Positions 1 through 7,887 of a stretch of DNA of 64,000 nucleotides are shown here, in pieces (position 1 is the first letter of the stretch; each line of letters opens with the position of its first letter). The translations under genes and the position numbers were made by a program. The notes beneath the pieces were generated by a model. That model saw only the letters and a program-made list of their open reading frames with translations, made no database searches and was not told the origin of the DNA. Origin of the DNA: Candidatus Enteromonas sp. (GTDB lineage Bacteria > Bacillota_I > Bacilli_A > RFN20 > CAG-826); contig JAXDTZ010000013.1 of the NCBI GenBank assembly GCA_034089705.1, positions 9,522 to 73,521 on the forward strand, read 5' to 3'.

Positions 1-11
1 TTGGGGTTTCG

Positions 12-716
12 GTGAATGGGTATCGGGCATCGTACTCCATCTTCACGATTTTGGAAGCCGTGGTCGGGGTCGTTTTGTTCGCCGCTTGGCTTCTCTATTT
101 CGTTCCCTTATTCCGGAATCTCCTTCCCATAACCTTGACGGATCTCCTCTTCCAGATATTGCCCTTCCTGTATCTCGGTTTAGGAGGCCTTTATCTCGTC
201 CACGCCTTTTTCTTGTTCTTTTATCCCTCGCTTCCCTGCATCAAATACAAGGAAATCTACGCGATGAAGAAGCAACGCCTCATCGACACCCACAAGGAAA
301 ACTACAAAGGCCCGACCCGCGGCCAAATCCGTCATGATTTCTACGTCTTTTACAAGAAAAAGAAATGGACCGAGATGCTCGATTTGCTCTATGGCCACGT
401 CTTTGCCAAAGCCAAGGTTGAACCCCTCGACGCGGGGGAATTCGATTATTACTGCGACGCACTATCCCGCTTAGACGCCTCGATCCGCAAGGCGGAAATG
501 ACTTTCCTCTCTTCCCGCTGCCAATTCCCGATGATGGGAAAGATCCATGAACGCCTCCTCGCCCAAAGCAAATCCCCAAGCATCGGGGAAATCAAAGCTT
601 CGGAAGACCGCGCGATGCTCGAATTCTTGGAAAAGAAAGCGCAAGCGGAACGCCCCGCCACCACCGCCCCCAAGCCCCAAGACAAACCCACTCCCATCGG
701 GGAAGCTTGGAAATAA
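12..716 (+). CDS. hypothetical membrane protein (N-terminal TM helices; GTG start at window edge, possibly 5'-partial)
   Basis: Long ORF with a hydrophobic N-terminus (ILEAVVGVVLFAAWLLYF, FLYLGLGGLYLVHAFFLFF). The frame stays open back to nt 3, so the true start may lie upstream of the window. A terminator follows at 733..758. No family recognised. Confidence 0.5.
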   Translation: MNGYRASYSIFTILEAVVGVVLFAAWLLYFVPLFRNLLPITLTDLLFQILPFLYLGLGGLYLVHAFFLFFYPSLPCIKYKEIYAMKKQRLIDTHKENYKGPTRGQIRHDFYVFYKKKKWTEMLDLLYGHVFAKAKVEPLDAGEFDYYCDALSRLDASIRKAEMTFLSSRCQFPMMGKIHERLLAQSKSPSIGEIKASEDRAMLEFLEKKAQAERPATTAPKPQDKPTPIGEAWK

Positions 717-732
717 CCGCTTCGGCCAATCC

Positions 733-758
733 GCCATCCTCAGGATGGCTTTTTTCTT
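733..758 (+). terminator. rho-independent terminator
   Basis: Stem gccatcc (733-739) pairs with ggatggc (743-749), followed by a T6 run (750-755). Confidence 0.7.
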
Positions 759-794
759 ATGAAAATGGCCCGGATTTCTCCAGGCCCAATCGGT

Positions 795-2576
795 TTATTC
801 GGCGAGTTCTTTCTCGAGCAAGTCGACGAGTTCCTTCATGCGATGGATGACCGCGAGGAAGGGCTCTTTGGTCGTGAGGTCCACGCCCGCCTCTTTGACT
901 TGGTCCACCGGGAACTTCGATCCTCCGGAACGGAGCAAGGAGAGATAGGAATCAAAGGCCCCGGGTTCTTGTTTCTTGACGCGCTCGTAGATGAGCATGG
1001 AGCTCGTGAAGCTCGTCGCGTATTGGTAAACGTAGAACGGGGTGTAGAAGAGGTGGGGGATATAGGCCCAAACCAAGGGCTTATACACTTCTTCGGTGAT
1101 GTCGATCCCGTAATAATCCTTGTAAAGGCGGACCATGATGGCGTTTAAGGCCTCGAAATGGATGGGTTCCCTCGCTTCGGCGAGTTTCGCGGCTTCGTAT
1201 TCGAAATGGCCGAAAAGGGTTTGACGGTAGAAGGTGGAGCAGATTTCGTCGATCGCTTTTTGCAAAAGGGCGATGCGGTCGTTCTTCGAAAGGGAATCGC
1301 TTTGAAGCAGGTAATCGAGGAGGTTGTGCTCATTGAAGGTCGAAGCGATCTCCGCGACGAAGATCGTGTAATCCTGCTTCAATGTCGGCTGGGATTCTTC
1401 GCTATAAAGGGTGTGGATGGAGTGGCCGGATTCGTGGGCGAGGGTGAAGACGTCGTCGAGTTCCCCTTGGAAGTTGAGCAAGATGAAGGGGTGGACGTCG
1501 TATCCCCCGTTGGAATAGGCGCCGGTCCGTTTTCCGGGCGCGCTTTCCACGTCGACGTATCCCGGGGCCAAAACTTCATGGGCTTTTTCTTGGAAGTCCG
1601 AAGGGAAGGATTGGATGGAAGCGAAGAACAAGTCTTTGGCTTCTTCGTAGGTGTAGGTTTTCTCCGAACGAGCGAGTTGGAGGAAGCGGTCGTAGGAACG
1701 GTGCTTCTCCAGGCCCAAGTATTTCCTGCGGAGCTCGTAATATTTCTTTAGCGGGGCGCTGCCTTCTTCTGAGGAAGCGACTTCAATCAAAGAAGTGAAG
1801 ACTTTTTCGGGGATCGCGTCTTTGAAGAGGTGGGTGTCCAAGATGGAGGAATACCCACGCACCTCCTTGAAGGCGAGTTGGGTTTGTAGGCCCAAGTTGT
1901 AGATTTCCCCATAGGTGCTCTTATGATCTTCGTAATAGGAATACAAGGAATCAAAGATGGCCTTTCGGTCTTCCGCTTTCTTTTCCTTTCCAATGAGCGA
2001 GGTCCAGTTCGCCGTGGAAACGACGACCTCCCGTCCATCGCTTAAGGTAACGGTCTTGGGCTTGTAATCGGCGACGGTCAAAATGGAATAGAGGTCCCCG
2101 GCCTCTCCCGAGAGGGGGGCGAAATGGCTGAGCATCTTTTCCTTTTCCGCGTCCAAAACGTGACGTTGCCCGCGGAAGAGCTTTTCAAAATAGAAGGAGT
2201 ATTCCTCGAATTCCGGATGCTTGGATAAGAAAGCCTTGACGTTTTCTTCCCCGTAGGCGAGGACTTCGGGTTCGAAATAGCTGCTCGCGGCAATCAGGCT
2301 TTGGACTGCGAGTTCTACCTTGCTCTCATCGCTTGTGAAGAGGGTGTTTTTGCGGTCGAGGTCCGCGCGCATCGAAGAGAAGAAGGCGAGCTTGATGTAG
2401 GCGAGGGTAATCTTCTTGTCGGTCGACAAGTACCCGGCGAGCCCTTCTTCGGTGGAGATTTTCCCGCTGAAGGCGGAAATGGATGGAATCAGGGCTTTGA
2501 AGGCTTCTAAGTCCGCGAGAAAGGCTTCTTCGCTGGGGTAGAAGACGCTTAAGTCCCATTGTTTGTTTTTGTTCAT
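795..2576 (-). CDS. pepF: oligoendopeptidase F (M3B metallopeptidase)
   Basis: 593-aa ORF with an HEXXH zinc motif (FTLAHESGHSIH) and PepF-like sequence throughout. ATG start, with an AGGAG about 11 nt upstream. Confidence 0.9.
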   Translation of the reverse strand: MNKNKQWDLSVFYPSEEAFLADLEAFKALIPSISAFSGKISTEEGLAGYLSTDKKITLAYIKLAFFSSMRADLDRKNTLFTSDESKVELAVQSLIAASSYFEPEVLAYGEENVKAFLSKHPEFEEYSFYFEKLFRGQRHVLDAEKEKMLSHFAPLSGEAGDLYSILTVADYKPKTVTLSDGREVVVSTANWTSLIGKEKKAEDRKAIFDSLYSYYEDHKSTYGEIYNLGLQTQLAFKEVRGYSSILDTHLFKDAIPEKVFTSLIEVASSEEGSAPLKKYYELRRKYLGLEKHRSYDRFLQLARSEKTYTYEEAKDLFFASIQSFPSDFQEKAHEVLAPGYVDVESAPGKRTGAYSNGGYDVHPFILLNFQGELDDVFTLAHESGHSIHTLYSEESQPTLKQDYTIFVAEIASTFNEHNLLDYLLQSDSLSKNDRIALLQKAIDEICSTFYRQTLFGHFEYEAAKLAEAREPIHFEALNAIMVRLYKDYYGIDITEEVYKPLVWAYIPHLFYTPFYVYQYATSFTSSMLIYERVKKQEPGAFDSYLSLLRSGGSKFPVDQVKEAGVDLTTKEPFLAVIHRMKELVDLLEKELAE

Positions 2577-2687
2577 GGCAGAATGTTCTCCTAATCGGAG
2601 AAAATTCTACTCAATTTGCCTTCCCTTTCCTAGCCAAACGCTTAAAAGGGCATAGGCCCCCTTGCTTTTTGCCTTCTACTAGCAATA

Positions 2688-3404
2688 ATGAAGGGCATGA
2701 AACACACCATTTTCCTTCTCTTGGCCATTTCCCTTTTGGCCTCTTGCTCTTCTTCCGAGCCCATTTCTTCCTCTTCCCAAGAAGAAAGCCCAAACGTTTC
2801 CCTTTCCGAAGAAGCCTCTTCCGCCCCTTCCGCGGAGACTTCCTCCTCTTTGGTAGAGACATCGGAACCTTCTTTAGAAGAAACCGAGCCTTCTTCCATC
2901 GAAACGGAATCCTCGATCGAGGAGACGGAGAAACCTTCCGTGGAAATCCCATCTTTAGGAACTATCGTCCTGACCCCCGAAGAATTCCCCGAGAAAGAAA
3001 ACAACGCCTATCCCGTGGATGCGGTCATGGAAAAAGAAGGCTACACCTTCCTTTGTAATGGAATCATGCAAGGGAACAAAAATAGCACCCCCACCTTCCA
3101 GATGAGAAACGGAACCAAAGGCGGGGCTTCTTTGGTCTGCCAAGTCATGGTGAACGCGATCGTGGAAGTCGAATACATGGAAAACATCGGCAACGGAAGC
3201 GATTATTCGGGAACACTCTCTTATGTCGTCGGGGATTCTTTGGCGGCCCTGGAAACGATGTCGACCGAACTCTCTTATGAAGCCTCTTCCATCCAAGGAA
3301 GGCGCGTCGTTTCGTTTGAGGTGCAAAACGCCTATTTCGCGTTATGCAACGAGTCCGCGAACGCTGTCCACGGCACTCGCTTGACCATTACTCCTAAAAA
3401 TTAA
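2688..3404 (+). CDS. lipoprotein of unknown function with a Ser/Glu-rich linker
   Basis: Signal peptide plus lipobox (FLLLAISLLAS|C), then a roughly 70-aa acidic Ser/Glu-rich low-complexity linker and a globular C-terminal half. Its 3' end overlaps the convergent giant lipoprotein gene by 11 nt. Confidence 0.65.
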   Translation: MKGMKHTIFLLLAISLLASCSSSEPISSSSQEESPNVSLSEEASSAPSAETSSSLVETSEPSLEETEPSSIETESSIEETEKPSVEIPSLGTIVLTPEEFPEKENNAYPVDAVMEKEGYTFLCNGIMQGNKNSTPTFQMRNGTKGGASLVCQVMVNAIVEVEYMENIGNGSDYSGTLSYVVGDSLAALETMSTELSYEASSIQGRRVVSFEVQNAYFALCNESANAVHGTRLTITPKN

Positions 3405-6400
3405 GGGGCGGTTTTTCGGTGAAAGGCATGTTTTTCACCGCGTCCAAATAATCCCCGTTTGCGAAGAAGAACTTCTCGAAAATTCCTTTGGAAGTCGAGG
3501 ATATCGCCGAATAGGAATTGTTGACCACCTGGTCGTAGGTTGCCCCGTTGAAGGAAGCGTCGTTCCAGGCGTCGCGATACCCATATCCCCCGGTTTCGGA
3601 GGCGAGGTTCGCCATGGTGATGTCGGGATTGACCACGATGACGCTCACGACGTCGAAACTCCCGGTCAATCGCCGGATGCTCGTTTTCGTTTTCGAACCC
3701 GAAACCACGCGGCATCCCGTGAGGGTGGGGGTGACGTTCATCGAAACGCTTAGTCCGGTCAATTCCTGGATGTCGAGCCCGATGGTCCAAGTCGGTTCGT
3801 CGCCGGTGCCGCCGGAAGAATAGGTGGTCAACGCGTCTTCCCCGTTGATCGGTCCTTTGGTGGTCTCCGCCATTTGGCCGTTTGGATAGACTTGGTCGTA
3901 GACGTCCTTGTCCATCGCCATCATGTAGAAAAGGATCCAATCGAGCATGTTCGCCGTAAAATCGCTGCCCGAAACCTTCAATTCCTGGATTTCATGGTAT
4001 GTTTTCTTGTTCCACAAAATCCCCGTGGTCCAAGTCTGGTAACGCCGGAGCAACAAAGTCCCCACCGTGTCTTTCCCGTCCGTATGGTAGAAGAATTCGG
4101 TGGTGGTTTTCCTAGGGATCGCGGTGAAGACGGCCAAATCGATCTTGGGAAGTTCCATTCGCCCGTACACATTGACTTCCGCCCCATCGAGGGTGATGAA
4201 CGCGTCGAGGGGGATGGAATTGATGGGGATGGAGAACCCGAGTTTGAAATTGAGTTTCAATTCGCCGTTTAAATGGTAGGTGGTAAGGGAATTCGATTCC
4301 GTCACTCCTAACTGCATGGTGTCGATCACGTGGGACAGAAGCGGGGTCAAGGAAGAGAAATCGGTGAAGGAAGAAAGGGAAGGGTTCGGCCCGAAGTTCG
4401 CGTGCAACGCATCGAAGCCCGAAGCGTTTTTCGCGGAAAGGTCGATGTCGAATTCCTCGATCGTCAAAGCGATGTAGATTTCGCTGAGGCTATCTTCATT
4501 CCCCGATTTGGTGAAAACCTCCACTTTGGTCAAGGCTTTTTCCATGACGAGGGGGTCTTGTCCGTCCCGATGGAACCTCTTTTCCCCGAAATGGAGTTTC
4601 ACCGTCAAATCCTCCGCAAGGCCAAACAAGGTCTTGGGGAAAACGACGGTCGTGACGTCGGGGGCGATGGAAAGGGAAGAAATGAGGTCGCTGGAGAGCG
4701 CGTGGAGGAAATGGCCCGAAGTGATGTCGGAAATTAGCGAGGCGGAACTCGCCCCCGAAAGCAGGCCGGTCAAGCGCTTGAACCGGGGATCGGCGTTCCC
4801 GCTTAAGGATTCCACGACCCCCAGCAGGGAATTGAGGGAATGGATGCTCATCCGCCCTTGGAGAGGGGAACTGCTCGCCCCTTCGCTATGGTATTTCAGG
4901 AACATTTGGTTATCGAGGGCGTCGTCTTCGCTCACTTCTGGACCAGAGACGTCCACCCCGACGTAATGCTTCTCGTAATAGGTGTCCATTTTGTTGGTGA
5001 TCGCTAGGCTCCCGCTTCCGAGTTGGTCTTGGAGGGAAAAGGCGAAGGATCCGGAGAATTCGGTTCCCTGTTCCACGCGGGAATAGGAGGACACCGATGT
5101 GGCGCTCTCAGTGCCAAGTTTCAGGATATAACCTTCGATGGAGGCGGAGGCTTCTAAAGAAGGAACGAACACGCCGAGCTGCTCCGTCAACGAGGGAAGA
5201 TGCGATAACTCCTGGTATTCTTCCTTTCCTTCGAGGCGGATCAAGGAAAAATCGGTGAGGTCGATGGTCCCCTCCAAAGTGAAGAAGGCGAATTGGGCTT
5301 CGTGGAAGGCGATGCGGGCCAAAGGCAAGGAAGGATCGCCCGAAAAGGCGATGTCCATGCTGCCGCTTAAACCGGCTTTTTCGAGATTCAATGAAAGAAG
5401 GACGGATTCGTTTTGGGAAGACAAAGTGTCCAAAGCCTCGAGGATGGATTCGTAATGCCCTTCGCTCAATCCCTTCCCAAATTCGCTTTTTTGGAGTTCT
5501 TCGATTTGACGGAGGATCGAATCGAGGGAGGACAAGAGGTTCGACATGACGCTGCCATCCCCCGAAGAAGAGGCGCTTCCCGGCAAGGAGAAACCATCGA
5601 ACTGCCCGATTAAGGAATCCAAGGTCACTTTGTTGGTTTGGATTTTCACCGCGTCGTTGAGGTTGACGTAGATGCCTTTGTCGTTCTCCGGCAAGTTCGC
5701 GACTTCTAAGCCGATGCGGTTTTGCTGCCCATTCGGCGCGAAAGACACGCTATCCCCTTCTTTGCTTGCCTCCAGGTAAGCGAGGGTGATGTCCATCCCA
5801 ATTTGGTCGAGAGCCCAAGAGCTCATGTCCACGGACAAACCCCCTTCGATGGTGAGGCCTTCGTTGACCTCTTCCCTTCCGAAGGTGGTGTCGGTTCCCG
5901 GGATCGCGTCCTCGTGATGGGTGATCGAAAGGTCCATGTCGAGGGAGAAATCCTGGTTCCCAAGGAACCGGGCAAGGCGTTTGATGAGCCCGATGGAATC
6001 GGTTAAGGGGAGATAAGAGCTGGCATCGCTGGGGGGATTCCATTCCAAGGGTCCCACTTTCGAAAAGCAAGAAGAACGGATCCGAAGTCGGCTTTCCGCG
6101 GAGAACTCCATCCGGGAGGCAGTCGATAAGACCGAAGGGGCGTCGATCCCCGCAAACGAGTAATCGGAGGTGGAACGGAGGCCGATCTCGTAGACGGTGC
6201 CCCCTTCTTGCAACTGCATTGGCCAGATGAAATAGGGTTTCCCGTCGACTCGGGTTTCAAACACGCGGTCCAAAGAAGAGGCAAGGACCCCCCAGTCCCA
6301 CTGGAAAGAAGAAGAACCGGAAAGGTTCACGTCTTCCTCGGACAAGACCCCCATGATGTTATCGATGATCCACGAGAGTTCGCCGTATTCGAAATTGACG

Positions 6401-6942
6401 TCCCCGTTCATTTCGTCGTCCCGGCCCCCCAAATACGGGGAGAGGTCCACTTGGTAACGGAGGGAATCCCCTTGGAATGCCTCGTCGAGGTTATCCTTGG
6501 GGAAAGCGACTTTGAAGAAGAACTGGTCGTCGTGGAGGAACAAGCCCAAGAAACGGGAGACCCCGTTGTAGGATATGGGCGCGTCCAAGGCCAAGGACAG
6601 GTTATGGACAGACAAACCATCCAGGCCGAAAGCCAAGGAAGAAGAAGAGAAGTCGATTTGGTTGGTAACCCTTTCGACGTTCCCGTCTACGTTCCCGTCT
6701 AGTTCGAAAATCCCCTCTTCGATTTGAAAGGTCACCCCTCCTTGCAAAGAGGCGGTGAAATCCCCCAGGAATTTCGATTTGGCTTCTTCCCCGTCGACAA
6801 ACGCGACGGAAGAGGAACTCTCCACGATCGGTTCCTTGCCCCCGTCGTTGATGAGGCGGCTTGGGGCGCAAGAAGAAAGCGCCAAAAAAAGGGAAGCAAA
6901 GGAGAAGAGGAATGGCGTCTTGGTTCTGCGGAAGCGTTTCAT
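3394..6942 (-). CDS. giant surface lipoprotein (1182 aa), paralog of 7888..11616
   Basis: Uninterrupted 3.5-kb ORF. The N-terminus MKRFRRTKTPFLFSFASLFLALSS|CAP is a signal peptide plus lipobox. It aligns collinearly with the 1242-aa neighbour (for example NFEYGELSWIIDNIMGVLSE vs SYEYGDLDFVIHDILEILSE). No enzymatic motif recognised. Confidence 0.8.
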   Translation of the reverse strand: MKRFRRTKTPFLFSFASLFLALSSCAPSRLINDGGKEPIVESSSSVAFVDGEEAKSKFLGDFTASLQGGVTFQIEEGIFELDGNVDGNVERVTNQIDFSSSSLAFGLDGLSVHNLSLALDAPISYNGVSRFLGLFLHDDQFFFKVAFPKDNLDEAFQGDSLRYQVDLSPYLGGRDDEMNGDVNFEYGELSWIIDNIMGVLSEEDVNLSGSSSFQWDWGVLASSLDRVFETRVDGKPYFIWPMQLQEGGTVYEIGLRSTSDYSFAGIDAPSVLSTASRMEFSAESRLRIRSSCFSKVGPLEWNPPSDASSYLPLTDSIGLIKRLARFLGNQDFSLDMDLSITHHEDAIPGTDTTFGREEVNEGLTIEGGLSVDMSSWALDQIGMDITLAYLEASKEGDSVSFAPNGQQNRIGLEVANLPENDKGIYVNLNDAVKIQTNKVTLDSLIGQFDGFSLPGSASSSGDGSVMSNLLSSLDSILRQIEELQKSEFGKGLSEGHYESILEALDTLSSQNESVLLSLNLEKAGLSGSMDIAFSGDPSLPLARIAFHEAQFAFFTLEGTIDLTDFSLIRLEGKEEYQELSHLPSLTEQLGVFVPSLEASASIEGYILKLGTESATSVSSYSRVEQGTEFSGSFAFSLQDQLGSGSLAITNKMDTYYEKHYVGVDVSGPEVSEDDALDNQMFLKYHSEGASSSPLQGRMSIHSLNSLLGVVESLSGNADPRFKRLTGLLSGASSASLISDITSGHFLHALSSDLISSLSIAPDVTTVVFPKTLFGLAEDLTVKLHFGEKRFHRDGQDPLVMEKALTKVEVFTKSGNEDSLSEIYIALTIEEFDIDLSAKNASGFDALHANFGPNPSLSSFTDFSSLTPLLSHVIDTMQLGVTESNSLTTYHLNGELKLNFKLGFSIPINSIPLDAFITLDGAEVNVYGRMELPKIDLAVFTAIPRKTTTEFFYHTDGKDTVGTLLLRRYQTWTTGILWNKKTYHEIQELKVSGSDFTANMLDWILFYMMAMDKDVYDQVYPNGQMAETTKGPINGEDALTTYSSGGTGDEPTWTIGLDIQELTGLSVSMNVTPTLTGCRVVSGSKTKTSIRRLTGSFDVVSVIVVNPDITMANLASETGGYGYRDAWNDASFNGATYDQVVNNSYSAISSTSKGIFEKFFFANGDYLDAVKNMPFTEKPPLNF

Positions 6943-6962
6943 AATGCGGGGTTACTCCCCCT

Positions 6963-6979
6963 TATGCATTATATGCATA
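6963..6979 (-). promoter_or_regulatory. perfect 7-3-7 palindrome (TATGCAT-ATA-ATGCATA) enclosing a TATAAT -10 box; candidate operator/promoter of the 1182-aa lipoprotein gene
   Basis: On the minus strand the site reads tatgcaTATAATgcata, with TATAAT at 6968-6973. It lies about 25 nt upstream of the ATG at 6942. A weak -35, GTGACT (6990-6995), sits at a 16-nt spacer. Confidence 0.5.
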
Positions 6980-7051
6980 CCTCCCTTGGAGTCACTCTCC
7001 GGAGAATCATCCCTGCTCTTTGAATCGGAGAATGGGAAGTCTAGGGCAAAG

Positions 7052-7089
7052 AAAAAGAGCGAATTCGACTACCTGTCCTCGCTCTTTTT
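7052..7089 (-). terminator. hairpin overlapping the stop codon of the XRE gene (terminator-like)
   Basis: 11-bp stem aaaaagagcga (7052-7062) pairs with tcgctcttttt (7079-7089) around a 16-nt loop that contains the stop codon (7069-7071). The 3' arm is U-rich on the minus strand. Confidence 0.4.
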
Positions 7090-7752
7090 GTTGGTTTTGG
7101 GTTTGATTGGCTTTTCTTTTTTGGGCTTGGGGCTCTTCCAGTTCATCAACAGGATGATGATGACTTGGATGGGGATGCCGATCGCGAGGATGTACCAAAT
7201 GTTCTCTTGGGAGGAGGCGAAGAAAGCGAAATGAAAGCAAAAGCAGAGGAGAAGGGACCAAACGAAGACCGATCCCATCACGAATTGTGCCTTGCGGTTA
7301 TGGAAGAAATATTTGATTTGCAAAATCAAGAGGAAAGAAGACACGGGGACGATCCAAGGGAAGATGCCGAAGAGTTGAACGGAAATAGCTTCCTTCTTGA
7401 AGAGGATTTGGCTGAGGAAGATGGAGATGGCGATCAAGACGATGACCATCACGGTCAAACCCATGATTGACGCCCGGTTGGCATCCACCGCCGGGTCCTT
7501 GGCTTGGTTTTTCTCCACGACAGCGAGGGCATCCCCTTCTTCGTGGGAGGTGACGAGGTATTCCAAAGGCACTTCGAAATAGGCGCTGAAATCCATTAGG
7601 ATGTCCACGCTCGGGCAGCTGTAGCCGAGTTCCCATTTGGAGATGGATTTGTCACTGTAATGGATTTCGTTCGCAAGCTCTTGTTGAGTCAGTCCTTTGG
7701 CTTTCCGCAAAGCGGCGATGTTGTTTCCGACGATGGCCGATAGGTTTTCCAT
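7069..7752 (-). CDS. XRE-family HTH transcriptional regulator fused to a multi-pass membrane domain
   Basis: N-terminal HTH_3-type motif (LRKAKGLTQQELANEIHYSDKSISKWELG) followed by about 4 predicted TM helices and a Lys-rich C-terminal tail. Confidence 0.8.
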   Translation of the reverse strand: MENLSAIVGNNIAALRKAKGLTQQELANEIHYSDKSISKWELGYSCPSVDILMDFSAYFEVPLEYLVTSHEEGDALAVVEKNQAKDPAVDANRASIMGLTVMVIVLIAISIFLSQILFKKEAISVQLFGIFPWIVPVSSFLLILQIKYFFHNRKAQFVMGSVFVWSLLLCFCFHFAFFASSQENIWYILAIGIPIQVIIILLMNWKSPKPKKEKPIKPKTNKKSEDR

Positions 7753-7850
7753 AGCGAAATGATTTTACCTTTGGAGCAAAAAAAATTAAAGTGAGGATTG
7801 TTCGCTCTTTTTGTTTTGCGACAAAGGGTTGCCGCGCCAAAAAGAGCAAG

Positions 7851-7880
7851 AAAAAGCCGTTACCATGGATCGGTAACGGC
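7851..7880 (-). terminator. rho-independent terminator after the 1242-aa gene
   Basis: Minus strand reads gccgttacc-gatccat-ggtaacggc followed by TTTTT. Stems are at 7856-7864 and 7872-7880, 8 nt past the stop at 7888. Confidence 0.8.
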
Positions 7881-7887
7881 GAAACGA

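Noticed and set aside
2760-2940. Possible tandem DNA repeat or contingency locus in the Ser/Glu-rich linker of the 238-aa lipoprotein
   Set aside because: The protein is low-complexity (SSxE/ETE-like), but I could not find a regular nucleotide repeat unit. It looks like compositional bias rather than a VNTR.
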